A stretch of DNA of 64,000 nt from an uncultured delta proteobacterium. Lineage in GTDB: Bacteria > Desulfobacterota > RBG-13-43-22. Location: contig CAVUPH010000021.1 in assembly GCA_963743305.1 (NCBI GenBank), positions 15,702-79,701 of the forward strand, in the 5' to 3' direction. This document shows, one piece after another, positions 29,279 to 40,111 of the stretch. Below the pieces are notes generated by a model. That model was not told where the DNA came from, did no database searches, and worked only from the letters and a program-made list of their open reading frames with translations. The translations under genes were made by a program, and so were the position numbers. The first letter of the stretch is position 1. Each line of letters starts with the position of its first letter.

Positions 29279-31063
29279 TTACTTTTTGGGAAAGGTCAGG
29301 GTGAAGGTGGAACCCCGACCCAGTTCGCTTTGGGCCTCGACGGTCCCCTTGTGGGCTTCGACGATGTGTTTGACGATAGACAGCCCCAGCCCGGTGCCGC
29401 CCATTTCCCGGGATCGATCCCGATCCACCCGATAGAAGCGCTCGAAAATACGGGCCAGGTGTTCCTTGGGAATCCCAAGTCCGGTATCGGTCACGGAGAT
29501 CACCAGCGATTTTTCGGCTTCCCGGGCGGACAAGTGTACCTCTCCTCCGGGAGGGGTATATTTAACGGCATTATCCAATAAGTTGAAAACCGCCTGTTGC
29601 ACTCGGTCCCGCTCCCAGAACAAGGAACATCCTTCGGAAATGCCGGACAGGTCCAGCGTCAAGGTAATGTTTTTTTCCTGGGCGAGATCCGAGACGGAAT
29701 GGAGGGCCGATTTTAAGACTTCCGCCACGTCGACTTCGTCCAAGAACATCTCCGCCCGTTCCTGTCCTTCCAATTTGGCCAAATCCAGAAGATCGGAAAC
29801 GAGGTAGTTCATTCGCCGAACATTTTTTTGAAGGATGGTAAAGAACTTGGCGGTATCCTGGTCTGGCGTGGGAAGAATGGCCAGTAGGGTTTCCAAGGCG
29901 CCATTGATGGCCGTCAAGGGGGTCCGCAGTTCATGAGAGGCGTTGGCCACAAAATCCTGCCGGACTTTGAGCAGGTGTTTGAGATCGGTAATGTCATGAA
30001 AAATGACCACGGCGCCCTGGGGTAATTGGACCGAGATCAAGGGCACGATTTGGACCTCAAAGAAACGGGGGGACTCCCATCCCAGACTAATCTGCAGGCG
30101 GTGAAACGATTCCCCCTGGAGGATGGCATCCACGCCATTCTGCAATTCGGCGTTCATGAAGATTTCCTGGACGGTTCTATTCTCCCACTGGATCTTTCCG
30201 CCCAGGAGATTCCGTAGAAAAGGGTTGATCAAGGTGATCAACCCTTTTCCATTGGTCACCAGGACCCCTTCCCGCATGGCCAGAAGGATGGCCCGCAAAC
30301 GGCTGGTTTCGGCATCCAATAAGTCCAGTTTGCCCCGCAGGTCGCGGGACATCTTCTCCAGGGAAAGGGCCAGGGGGGTGAACTCACTCTGGAGGAACAA
30401 ATGAAGGGGTTGTTTCAAGTGGCCCTCGGCCATCTGTTCCGCCATGACGGTCAGTTCCTTCAGCGGTTGACTCATCCACCAGAGAAGAAAGACGCCAAAG
30501 AGGAGAGAGAGTAGACTCACGAGTCCGGCCAGAAGAATCACCTTCTGGCGAAAGACCCGAACCGTGTCCTCCAAAGTTGTCAAGGGCCGTGCCAGACGGA
30601 CAAACCCGATCAGGGTATTACCCTGGTAAAGGGGTGCGGCGGCAAACAGAGCGGTGATATTCATGAAAGGACTGTGGCGGATGATATCCCCGTAGCCTTT
30701 TTCCCGGGCCATAATGATTTCGGGTCGATGGCTGTAATCTTCGGTCAGATCCCGTTGTTGGGGGTCCCGGGTGGAATCCCAGAGCAGACGACCGTCGGCT
30801 GAGATGACCGATATCCTTTCCCCCAAATTCCGCGCGACTTCCCCGGCCAACCGATCGATCCGGGTCCTATCCCTGGGGAACTGGCGAAGGGGATCTTGGA
30901 GGGATTGGGCGGCATGGCTCAGGTCTTTTCTCGATTGTTCCTTGAATTGGCCCAGGAGTAAAGATCGGAGGTTGGAACTCAAATGGGAAGAGAACAGGGC
31001 GATCATCACCCCGGCACATAAAACAAACAGCCCGAAATATTTCCAGTAACGTTTGAGCCACAT
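29279..31063 (-). CDS. phoR: Phosphate regulon sensor histidine kinase
   Basis: 2 TM, HAMP, PAS, DFVANASHELRTPLT, NLLDNAVKY, FERFYRVD..RSR..GGTGLGLSIVKH. Confidence 0.92.
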   Translation of the reverse strand: MWLKRYWKYFGLFVLCAGVMIALFSSHLSSNLRSLLLGQFKEQSRKDLSHAAQSLQDPLRQFPRDRTRIDRLAGEVARNLGERISVISADGRLLWDSTRDPQQRDLTEDYSHRPEIIMAREKGYGDIIRHSPFMNITALFAAAPLYQGNTLIGFVRLARPLTTLEDTVRVFRQKVILLAGLVSLLSLLFGVFLLWWMSQPLKELTVMAEQMAEGHLKQPLHLFLQSEFTPLALSLEKMSRDLRGKLDLLDAETSRLRAILLAMREGVLVTNGKGLITLINPFLRNLLGGKIQWENRTVQEIFMNAELQNGVDAILQGESFHRLQISLGWESPRFFEVQIVPLISVQLPQGAVVIFHDITDLKHLLKVRQDFVANASHELRTPLTAINGALETLLAILPTPDQDTAKFFTILQKNVRRMNYLVSDLLDLAKLEGQERAEMFLDEVDVAEVLKSALHSVSDLAQEKNITLTLDLSGISEGCSLFWERDRVQQAVFNLLDNAVKYTPPGGEVHLSAREAEKSLVISVTDTGLGIPKEHLARIFERFYRVDRDRSREMGGTGLGLSIVKHIVEAHKGTVEAQSELGRGSTFTLTFPKK

Positions 31064-31074
31064 AAGCAACGCGA

Positions 31075-31755
31075 TTATTCCAGTGCCTGAAATCGGTAGC
31101 CGACTCCGCGGACGGTTTCAATCAGATTTTGGGCCTCCCCCATTTTTTTCCGAACCCGGCGGATATGGGTATCGATGGTGCGGCCATACCCCTCAAAGGA
31201 ATATCCCCAGACTCGATCCAAAAGCATTTCCCGGGTCTGGACCCTCCCCCGGTGACGCAGGAGATAGACCAGGAGACGGAATTCCGTGGCCGTTAATTCC
31301 AATAATTGATCATTGAGGCGGGCGGTATGGGCGTCCAGATCCAGGACCAGAGGGTCCGCTTTGAGGATAGCCGGAGCCGCTTGCTTTTCCCTGCGCTCCA
31401 ATAATTTTCGGATACGCAGCACCACTTCCCGGAGGCTGAAGGGTTTGACCACGTAATCGTCGGCTCCGAGTTCCAGGCCCACCACGCGGTCCAGCTCCTC
31501 CCCTTTGGCCGTTACCATAATAATCGGGAGGCGTTGCAACTCCGGGTCTTTTTTTAGGGTGCGGCAAACCTCCAGCCCATCCACTCCGGGCAACATCAGA
31601 TCCAGGAGGATGATGTCCGGCGTATGTTTGCGGGCCAGCTCCAAGGCCTGTTCTCCGTCCTCCGCCAGGAAAAGGGTATACCCCGCTTTCTCCAGATTAA
31701 AGCGGAGCAGTTCCCGGATATCCGGATCGTCCTCAACAATCAATATCTTAGACAT
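31075..31755 (-). CDS. phoB: OmpR/PhoB family response regulator
   Basis: Receiver plus winged helix (LTATEFRLL, RTIDTHIRR, IETVRGVGY); adjacent to phoR/pst. Confidence 0.9.
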   Translation of the reverse strand: MSKILIVEDDPDIRELLRFNLEKAGYTLFLAEDGEQALELARKHTPDIILLDLMLPGVDGLEVCRTLKKDPELQRLPIIMVTAKGEELDRVVGLELGADDYVVKPFSLREVVLRIRKLLERREKQAAPAILKADPLVLDLDAHTARLNDQLLELTATEFRLLVYLLRHRGRVQTREMLLDRVWGYSFEGYGRTIDTHIRRVRKKMGEAQNLIETVRGVGYRFQALE

Positions 31756-31836
31756 GGTTGCTATTTTTGTCATTTTATAACCTGTTCTCCGTTCTGTCCA
31801 TAAAAAATACTCCTGATAGACCGTAGCGGCGACAGG

Positions 31837-32607
31837 TTACCATTGGGTGACAATTAGGCGTTTTTTCGGTTTTATTTGGCCGAGGATCACCCGTTCGATC
31901 CGTCCATTCCCTTTCCTGAGGATGGACTCAGCCAGATGCCGGAGGGGGTGGATATCGACTTGGGAATCCATTTGATTCAAGAAGACCAGCGCCCGCATTC
32001 CGGGCTTCCAGCCCTTGAGCCCTCCCTGCGGGTGCGTAGCCAGGTTCGCCAGGCCTTCCACCGTAATCGGGTTTTCAGGATGAATCCCGGCCAGGCGGTT
32101 GATTATTTCCGGGCGGAAGGCCCAGGTCGAATTCAACGGTTGTCCAAGGGCGGAAAGACCGAAGACGGAGATGAAACAAGTAGATTCCGGAGGAACCAGT
32201 GGTTCGTTTTGGCTGGGGGCCTTAATCGGTCGCCGGGCCGAACCGTCGGCTTCCACGATGAGATAGTCAGCCCAACCCCGGGTCCAGAGATGACCCAGGT
32301 CGGCCAGCGTACCACCGAGGAGTTTATTCTCGGGGCTCCGCCCGGCAGCCCAGGTGATATGGCCGTAGTGGAATAGTTCCCTTTCCAGGGTCGAAAAAAT
32401 TTCCGGGTCCCCTAAGAGCAGCCGAGGAGATTCTTCCGGCAGGGGGGGGAAAATTTTGGTGGTAGTTGTGGTGATCACCCGTCGGTCCCGGACCCGGAGT
32501 TCCCCGGCCAGGGCGAACATCAAGGTGGTTTTGCCGCCGGCCCCGACCAGGCTGATCAATTCCCTGGGGCCCAGGGCTAAGGCTTCGCTAAGGGAGAAAG
32601 AGGTTAT
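31837..32607 (-). CDS. yqeC: Selenium cofactor biosynthesis protein YqeC
   Basis: ISLVGAGGKTT, TTTTKI, VEADGSARRPIKAP..EP; homology-like LSEALAL extends to an ATA at 32607. Confidence 0.88.
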   Translation of the reverse strand: MTSFSLSEALALGPRELISLVGAGGKTTLMFALAGELRVRDRRVITTTTTKIFPPLPEESPRLLLGDPEIFSTLERELFHYGHITWAAGRSPENKLLGGTLADLGHLWTRGWADYLIVEADGSARRPIKAPSQNEPLVPPESTCFISVFGLSALGQPLNSTWAFRPEIINRLAGIHPENPITVEGLANLATHPQGGLKGWKPGMRALVFLNQMDSQVDIHPLRHLAESILRKGNGRIERVILGQIKPKKRLIVTQW

Positions 32608-33404
32608 TGATTGAACCGCCGTAAAATGCCTTCCAGGACCGCCCCACCGATAGCCCGGGCCTTTTCCGAAATGGTCTGAAAATAAAGAGGGTTCCCCCGC
32701 GGGTCCACATCCCCGATCTTGAGCCCCGCGTTCACCGGGGTCCCGCTGCGGATCAGCCCGCGGAGAATCCCGGAGATCCGAGCCGGGACGGGGATCCCGT
32801 CCACTTCCGCCACCACTTCCTCTGCTTCCACCCCATCCCCAAGGTTTTTCAAGAGGTTTATAATTCCAGCCACCGGCGCCCGCAAAACCCGTTCGCCTGA
32901 AAAACCGCCGATGGTCCCTGGAATCCCGGTGTCCGGCTCCGCTTCGCCCTCGGTATACAGACGCCCCAGATTATGGCCGCGTTGGGTTTCCACCACCAGG
33001 TGGGCATCAATCCCGGCCCGAAACCCGGGGCCCAGTCCGATAACCAGCGGGGCGTCGGTGATCCGGGTCCCGAGGTTTTTCTTGGCCAGGATGGCGTCCA
33101 CCAGGACCTCCGGTTTCAGCTTGAGGGCCTGGGAAAGCTCGGGGTCGATCAGCAACGGAATCCGCTTGCTCCGCCAGACCGCGGCGCACTCCTCCAAGTG
33201 TGGGATGCGAACGGCCTCAACCCCTTCCACGGACTGGCTCCCTTCGTAAACCGCTTCGCAAAAGGAAACCCCCCGGCGCACAGCCAGGGGTTGCGGGATC
33301 TCGGTCAGGAGGACCTGAAAATGAGACTGAAAAAGGCGCCAGGCCACCCCGCTGGCCATCTCTCCCGCGCCGCGAATAAGCACCCTCAGACCCGATAGGT
33401 TCAT
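32604..33404 (-). CDS. yqeB: Selenium-dependent molybdenum hydroxylase system protein YqeB
   Basis: IRGAGEMASG, VDAILAKKNLGT, ETQRGHNLG, KIGDVDPR, ISEKARAIGGAVLE. Confidence 0.93.
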   Translation of the reverse strand: MNLSGLRVLIRGAGEMASGVAWRLFQSHFQVLLTEIPQPLAVRRGVSFCEAVYEGSQSVEGVEAVRIPHLEECAAVWRSKRIPLLIDPELSQALKLKPEVLVDAILAKKNLGTRITDAPLVIGLGPGFRAGIDAHLVVETQRGHNLGRLYTEGEAEPDTGIPGTIGGFSGERVLRAPVAGIINLLKNLGDGVEAEEVVAEVDGIPVPARISGILRGLIRSGTPVNAGLKIGDVDPRGNPLYFQTISEKARAIGGAVLEGILRRFNQ

Positions 33405-33405
33405 A

Positions 33406-34434
33406 CTAATAACCTCCTTTCCCGAATGGGCAGACGGGATAGCGGCATTCCGGACAGTTCCGGCAGAGACCGCCGTGACCCAGGGCGGCGATTTCCTTTC
33501 GGGTGGGTCGTTCGCCGGCTAAGATCAAAGGCAGTATCAGGTCAAACAAAGTTACCTGATGGTAAAAGACACAGGCCGGCAGTCCCAGTAACGGGATCTC
33601 CCCCACCCGGGCATAGAGAAACATGGCCCCGGGCAAAACCGGGGTGCCATAAAAAATGATCTTGGCCCCGGCTTGACGGATTCCCTTGCGGGTTACGTCG
33701 TCGGGGTCGATGGACATGCCGCCGGTGGTTACGATCAGATCGCAGCCCAACTCGATCAATTCCCGGATGGCCCCGGAGATTAAGGGCCGTTTATCGGGGA
33801 CGGTCACTTTTTTTATGATCGTGCAGCCGTAGTCGGTTAACTTATTTCCTACCCACTGATCAAAGCCGTTTTTTACCCGCCCGGAAAAGACTTCCGACCC
33901 GGTCACCACTACGCCCACTTTTTTAAAGGCCAAGGGTTGGATGGTGACCACCGGTCCGGCCTGGGCGCAGATTCGTTCAGCCCGCAAGATACTTTTCTCA
34001 GCGATAGTCAGCGGTATGATGCGGGTGGCGGCGGCCACTTCCCCTTCGCGGCAGACCGAATGGTTGTGGAGGGTGGAAACGATGATCTCCGGGATCAGGT
34101 TGATGCGGTTCAGGGCCGGAACTTGAATTTTCAGGAGGCCTTTCGCTTGGGCCACCAAACTGATTTTTCCTTCAGTCGGGCCCTGCAAAAGGAGGTGTTC
34201 CCCCTTCAGCGCCTCGGCCAGACGCTGGGCCGCTTCGTTCTCGTGAAGGGTCCCCGGGAGGATATCCAAAACAAAAATGGTTTCTTTCCCTAAGTCCAGC
34301 AGGGCGGGGATATCCTCTTCGCGAATGATATGGCCTTTTTTGAAAGCCACCCCCTTGAATTGGCCGGGGATGATCCGGGTCAGGTCGTGGCCCAAGACCA
34401 GACCGACCGCTTTCTTAACCTTGACTTTTTTCAT
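33406..34434 (-). CDS. Molybdopterin-binding (MoeA-like) protein
   Basis: HDLTRIIPG.FKG.AFKKGH, TGGMSIDPDD, PVLPGAM, GGLCRNCPECRYPVCPFGK. Confidence 0.88.
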   Translation of the reverse strand: MKKVKVKKAVGLVLGHDLTRIIPGQFKGVAFKKGHIIREEDIPALLDLGKETIFVLDILPGTLHENEAAQRLAEALKGEHLLLQGPTEGKISLVAQAKGLLKIQVPALNRINLIPEIIVSTLHNHSVCREGEVAAATRIIPLTIAEKSILRAERICAQAGPVVTIQPLAFKKVGVVVTGSEVFSGRVKNGFDQWVGNKLTDYGCTIIKKVTVPDKRPLISGAIRELIELGCDLIVTTGGMSIDPDDVTRKGIRQAGAKIIFYGTPVLPGAMFLYARVGEIPLLGLPACVFYHQVTLFDLILPLILAGERPTRKEIAALGHGGLCRNCPECRYPVCPFGKGGY

Positions 34435-34440
34435 TTGACC

Positions 34441-35130
<690 letters not shown>

Positions 35131-35189
35131 GGAATTTCGCCGCTAAAACTTCAGGTCGTAAGGGTGATCGGCCGGGCGCCCCTAGGGAA

Positions 35190-36164
35190 TCAAAGCAACC
35201 ATTGTTTAAAGGTTTCTTTGGGCAGTTTGAGGACCTTTTGCGTCCAGGCCCGGTCTTTTTGGATCAATTGAACCGAGCCCATTCGATTTTCGGGGGCATC
35301 GCTGTAGGCGGCGGCCATCTCCGCCGCTTTTTCCCGATCTTCCGCGGTCGAGGAGCCCACGGCCAGGACCAGCGGACCGGGAAACCCCAGGCAACGGGCC
35401 ATCAGGTCCCGGGTCTCGGCCAGCCCTTCGATGGCCTCATTTTCCTTTTTGTTGCGCCCGACGATTATTTTCAGACGGGAAGGAAGGCGAAAATGCCGAC
35501 CTGTTTTCAATAATTCGATTTCCCTCAATTCCGGTTCCGGGGAATGGGCCAGGAGTTCCTTCAGTCGTCTGGAAAAAATCGGGTCGGTCAGCAGGCATCC
35601 GCCGGCCGGCGCCGGATATTCGGTCAAGCCGTAATTTTCAGCCAGGGCCATCTGCCGTTTTCGCGAACGGCCGCTGATATCCAGAAGCCGGCTCCGGTCC
35701 ACCAGCCCTTCCCGCTCGGGACGAGTCTCCGGTAAAAGCAGGGCGCTTAAGGGCCGCAAGATCAGATCCAGGTACCCGGAGGTTTTTTCCACCGCCCGCA
35801 GGGAAGGCCTGGTCTGGGAAAAAGGCCGCTGCCCCAATACTTCCCCGGTGAATAAAAAGCCGGCGCCGACGGACTCCATGAGTTTCCCGGCCTCGCGAAG
35901 CATCAGAGCGTGGCAGTCGATACAGGGATTCAGCCCTTTGCCGTAGCCGTATCGGGGTTGCTGAAGCATGGTCCAATGAGGCCGGGTAATATCCAGGACC
36001 CGTAGCGGGAGCCGCAGCCGATCGGCTGCCTGTTGGGCTTTTTCGGGACCGAAAAATGGGGTTACAAAGGCCACCCCCAAGACGTCAATGTTCTGGTCCT
36101 TGATCAAGCGGGCGGCCAACATGCTGTCCAGGCCGCCCGAGAGAAGTCCAATCGCGCGGGTCAT
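35190..36164 (-). CDS. tRNA thiouridylase-like PP-loop ATPase (ThiI/MnmA-like, DUF814-type C-terminus)
   Basis: LLSGGLDS, NPCIDC, TGEVLGQRP.SQ, PAGGCLLTD, GRHFRL, VGRN..EN. Confidence 0.85.
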   Translation of the reverse strand: MTRAIGLLSGGLDSMLAARLIKDQNIDVLGVAFVTPFFGPEKAQQAADRLRLPLRVLDITRPHWTMLQQPRYGYGKGLNPCIDCHALMLREAGKLMESVGAGFLFTGEVLGQRPFSQTRPSLRAVEKTSGYLDLILRPLSALLLPETRPEREGLVDRSRLLDISGRSRKRQMALAENYGLTEYPAPAGGCLLTDPIFSRRLKELLAHSPEPELREIELLKTGRHFRLPSRLKIIVGRNKKENEAIEGLAETRDLMARCLGFPGPLVLAVGSSTAEDREKAAEMAAAYSDAPENRMGSVQLIQKDRAWTQKVLKLPKETFKQWLL

Positions 36165-36167
36165 GCC

Positions 36168-36566
36168 TTATTCACGGACGGAAACCAGGTTACAGCGGCA
36201 GCCGATATGCATGATCCTTTGGTTTAAGCCGTCATATTCTTCCAACGAAAAAATACGACCCTCCATCCTCTGGCATTCCGGACAGACTTTGGCATCCCCC
36301 CGGGTTTCCCACTTTAATCCGGGGAGTTTAGTGCGCCGGGCATCATAGATCACCCGACGCCAGAGAGCCCTTTTTTCGGTTTCAAAGTTTTTGGCTTCCT
36401 CGATGGACATGGCGCCCGTATAGGGCAAGTTATAATACCATCTTTGATCTTGGGCCATCAGGCCTTCCATTTCCAACAAGGCGGCTTCAATAAAGTTTTT
36501 GAAGCTCTTGCCCTCCGCCTTTCCGGATTCGGTCGTTTTTTCTTTTTTGCGGCTCCAAAAGGCCAT
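36168..36566 (-). CDS. Hypothetical protein with phage MuF/minor-head-like Cys/His motif
   Basis: KWETRGDAKVCPECQRMEGRIF...HIGCRCNLV. Confidence 0.7.
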   Translation of the reverse strand: MAFWSRKKEKTTESGKAEGKSFKNFIEAALLEMEGLMAQDQRWYYNLPYTGAMSIEEAKNFETEKRALWRRVIYDARRTKLPGLKWETRGDAKVCPECQRMEGRIFSLEEYDGLNQRIMHIGCRCNLVSVRE

Positions 36567-36666
36567 AACCTACCCCCTGAAAAGGTTTTAACGTAAGCGG
36601 CCGGGTTTGACAAGTTTTTTCCTGCCTCCGCGGGTTCGGCTGAGACCGGACAGTCCCCGCGGCGGA

Positions 36667-36694
36667 TTGACAATATTTTTGGAAAAGTTATACT
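36667..36694 (+). promoter_or_regulatory. Putative sigma70 promoter of the PAS hybrid kinase
   Basis: TTGACA-N16-TATACT. Confidence 0.55.
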
Positions 36695-36801
36695 ATTTCT
36701 AATTGAAGCAAGCTTAAACCTAGAGGCTTTGGATGACTTCCAGGCCGGCCCTGCCGCTGTTCATAAAAACAAGCCGTTAGCCCAAAGTGTAGAGGAGCGA
36801 G

Positions 36802-39105
36802 ATGCTTATGGAACCCTGTCGGGAAAAATCAAGCGGTCCCGAGCCGAAAAGCGATTGGTATTATCGGCTGTTTCAAGCTGTCCCCGACAGTCTGCTGGTC
36901 ACTCATCTGCGGGACGGCCGGATCAGGGATATGAACTCCCGTTTCCTGGAGACCATGGGATACTCGCGAGAGGAACTGATTGGCAGAACTCCTCTTCAGG
37001 TCGGTTTCTGGGTTTATCCGGAAGACCGGGAGTCGCTCGGGAAACTCCTGCTGGAGAATCGGGGGCTCTGCTCCGGCTTTGAGACCACCATGCGCAACAA
37101 AGCCGGGCGTGAATACCCGGTAATGCTATCGGCCCGGGTGGTGGAGATCGAAGGGGAGCCCTATATCATTTCCGAGTCCCGCGAAGACTCTGAACGACGT
37201 GAGATCAGGAAGGCCCTTCAGGAAAGTGAAAGACGGTTCCGGGAAATGGTGGAAATGCTGCCGGTGATCGTTTATGAAGCCGATTCCGCCGGCCGGTTGA
37301 CGTTCGCCAACCAGGCGGCCTTTCAGGACTTTGGGTATACGCAGGAAGAATTTGACCGGGGGCTGGCGGTGCTGGACATGGTCAGCGCCGAGGATCGACC
37401 GCGGGCCCTGAAAAACTTTGGGCTGATATTGAACGGGGAGAAAACCAGGGATACCGAATACCGTATGCTGAAAAGGGACGGCACCGGATTTGATGCCCTG
37501 ATTTCCTCCACGCCGATCCTCCGGAATGAAAAATCGGTCGGATTGCGCGGGGTGATGACCGATATCACCGACCTTCGAAAAGCCGAAGAGGAGCTGAGTC
37601 GATCCGAAGAAAAATACCGCCTGCTGGTGGAAAATGCCAATGAAGCTATTCTCGTCGTTCAGGACGGCATGATCCAATTCATCAATCCCAAAGCCGTCAA
37701 GATCATGGATTATAGGAGGCCTGACTTATCCCCCCGACCTTTCTCAAAATTCATCCATCCCGAAGACCGGGAACAGGTGATGGAACACTACCGCAAACGG
37801 CTGGGCGGGGAGCCCGCCTCGCCGGCTTATTCTTTCCGTTTGCTGGATGATCAGGGAAACGTCTTTTGGGTGGAGATCAACGCGGTTCCGATTTCCTGGG
37901 AGGGGCAGCCGGCGGGCCTGGTATTCTTGACCGACATCAATGAAAAAAAACAATTGGAGCAGCAGTTTCTTCAGGCCCAGAAAATGGAAGCCGTCGGGCG
38001 GCTGGCCGGCGGGGTGGCCCATGATTTTAACAATCTCCTGACCAGTATTTTAGGGCATTCCGATCTGATGATGATGCGTCTGCGTCCGGGTGATCCTTTG
38101 GTCGGGGATATCAAGGAGATCCTTAAGGCGGCGAATCGGGCCACGGATTTAACCCGCCAGTTGCTGGCCTTCAGCCGGAAGCAGGTCATGCAGCCCAGGA
38201 TCTTGAACCTCAACGCGATCATTGCCGACATGAAGAAGATGCTCAAGCGCTTAATTGGAGAGGATATCATTCTGGAGACCTTGCTCTCGCCAACCCTGGG
38301 GCAGGTGCTGGTGGACCCGGGACAGATCGATCAGGTGATCATGAACCTGGTGGTCAATGCCCGGGATGCCATGCCTAAAGGAGGTACGCTGACCATTGAG
38401 ACCCGTAATACCCTTCTTGATGAGCTGCAGGTGCGGAGCTACATCGGGGCCAAACCTGGCGCCTATGTGCTTCTTTCGGTTAAAGACACCGGGTCGGGCA
38501 TGACCGAAGATCTCCAGTCCCATATTTTTGAACCTTTTTTTACCACCAAGGAAATGGGCAAGGGGACCGGGCTGGGGTTATCCACGGTTTACGGCATTGT
38601 CAAACAGAGCAACGGGTATATCTGGGTGGATAGTCGGGCGGGTCAAGGGACGGCTTTTAAAATCTTCCTGCCGCAGCAAGAGGGCGCGGCGGAATCCGAT
38701 CTGAAACTGGAAAGGGGCAAGGTTTCCCTCCGGGGAGAGGAGACGATTCTTCTGGCAGAGGACAATGAATTGGTCCGGGGCCTAACCCGCAGTGTTTTGG
38801 AACATTTCGGCTACCGGGTCTTGGAAACTGAAGACGGGGAGGAGGCCGGCCGAATGAGCAAAGGCTACGAGGGGCCGATTCATCTGCTGCTGACCGACGT
38901 GGTCATGCCGGGCATCGGGGGGCGAGCGCTGGCCGAACAACTCCAGATCTTCCGGCCGGGTATTAAAATACTGTTTATGTCGGGTTATTCGGAAGAGGCG
39001 ATTCTGTTGCAGGGGATGCAGACCCTGGGGGGACACTTTTTACAGAAGCCTTTTACTCCGGAAGAACTCGGACAACGGGTCAGGGAGATCCTGGATTCCG
39101 TTTGA
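36802..39105 (+). CDS. Multi-PAS hybrid sensor histidine kinase/response regulator
   Basis: 3 PAS domains, QAQKMEAVGRLAGGVAHDFNN, HATPase, receiver. Confidence 0.93.
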   Translation: MLMEPCREKSSGPEPKSDWYYRLFQAVPDSLLVTHLRDGRIRDMNSRFLETMGYSREELIGRTPLQVGFWVYPEDRESLGKLLLENRGLCSGFETTMRNKAGREYPVMLSARVVEIEGEPYIISESREDSERREIRKALQESERRFREMVEMLPVIVYEADSAGRLTFANQAAFQDFGYTQEEFDRGLAVLDMVSAEDRPRALKNFGLILNGEKTRDTEYRMLKRDGTGFDALISSTPILRNEKSVGLRGVMTDITDLRKAEEELSRSEEKYRLLVENANEAILVVQDGMIQFINPKAVKIMDYRRPDLSPRPFSKFIHPEDREQVMEHYRKRLGGEPASPAYSFRLLDDQGNVFWVEINAVPISWEGQPAGLVFLTDINEKKQLEQQFLQAQKMEAVGRLAGGVAHDFNNLLTSILGHSDLMMMRLRPGDPLVGDIKEILKAANRATDLTRQLLAFSRKQVMQPRILNLNAIIADMKKMLKRLIGEDIILETLLSPTLGQVLVDPGQIDQVIMNLVVNARDAMPKGGTLTIETRNTLLDELQVRSYIGAKPGAYVLLSVKDTGSGMTEDLQSHIFEPFFTTKEMGKGTGLGLSTVYGIVKQSNGYIWVDSRAGQGTAFKIFLPQQEGAAESDLKLERGKVSLRGEETILLAEDNELVRGLTRSVLEHFGYRVLETEDGEEAGRMSKGYEGPIHLLLTDVVMPGIGGRALAEQLQIFRPGIKILFMSGYSEEAILLQGMQTLGGHFLQKPFTPEELGQRVREILDSV

Positions 39106-39946
39106 CTAAACGAAGATGAAACAATTTGGGCCAGTTTTTGCCGGTCACCAGGAGCCGGTGCTTTTGGCTGTCGTAAGCAATTCCGTTAAGGACATCCGTG
39201 GAGGGCCGACGATCCGAAACGGGAAGTAACCCGGTCAAGTCGATCCAGCCGGTGACTTCCCCGGTATCCGGAGCGATGCGGGCTATCCGGTCGGTGAGAA
39301 AAATATTGGCGAAAATCTCCCCGTTAATAAATTCCAATTCATTTAGCCGGGCCACGGGCAGCCCCTGGTCTCGAACCACTATGCGCTTACGTTCTTTCAA
39401 GAGAACCGGATCCAAGAAATAGAGCTGTGAGCTCCCATCGCTGGCAATCAAGGATTGGCCGTCCTCGGTTAATCCCCAGCCCTCAAAGGGGTAAGGCATT
39501 TTTTTCATGAGGCTAAGGGTGGGCAAGTCATACATGAACCCGACCCGCGATTGCCAGGTTAACTGCACCAGCGTATCCTTCCAGCGGGTCAACCCTTCAC
39601 CAAAATACTGTTCCGCCAAAGGGATGTTTTGAACGACCCGACCCGTTTCCAGATGAATTTTCCTTAAGCTGGATTTTCCATAGAGACCGGTACTTTCGTA
39701 CAGATAGCCTTCGTGAAATAGCAGTCCCTGGGTGAAGGCATCCGGATCATGGGGGAAGGCCTGAATGACTTGAAACCCATAGACCGGCGGCCGAATTCGG
39801 CTTCCCGCGCTCGGCACCTCCAAGCCCGGAAAGGCCACCAGAAGAAAGAGCAGGGTCAAAAACAGGATCCAAAAAGGCGATCGACAGCTCGACGATTTGA
39901 GACTCTGCCGTACCAAGACGGGGCGGGTTTCGTTCTTAGAGTGCAT
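39080..39946 (-). CDS. Glutaminyl-peptide cyclotransferase
   Basis: PHDPDAFTQGL, ESTGLYG, FGEG, EGWGL, LNELE, VLNGIAYD, TGKNWP. Confidence 0.93.
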   Translation of the reverse strand: MHSKNETRPVLVRQSLKSSSCRSPFWILFLTLLFLLVAFPGLEVPSAGSRIRPPVYGFQVIQAFPHDPDAFTQGLLFHEGYLYESTGLYGKSSLRKIHLETGRVVQNIPLAEQYFGEGLTRWKDTLVQLTWQSRVGFMYDLPTLSLMKKMPYPFEGWGLTEDGQSLIASDGSSQLYFLDPVLLKERKRIVVRDQGLPVARLNELEFINGEIFANIFLTDRIARIAPDTGEVTGWIDLTGLLPVSDRRPSTDVLNGIAYDSQKHRLLVTGKNWPKLFHLRLVKRNPGSP

Positions 39947-40111
39947 GGTTTCGTCTTCAACCGGTGCAGGTGGCAGGCTGGATACAAGGCTGAAAATTGG
40001 CTGGCGGGGCTATCCTGTCGCCGTTCATTGGCCCTTTTCCCCTATAAGGTGTTATCGTGTAACATAATAATATCCTGCCCTATCTGTCAGCCGTTAAGGA
40101 GATATCTTTCC

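Noticed and set aside
36168-36566. Prophage
   Set aside because: Single MuF-like motif without terminase, portal, capsid or integrase genes
38200-39100. Recent duplication with the kinase at 2-946
   Set aside because: Similarity is protein-level paralogy of a common HK-REC family with many nucleotide differences
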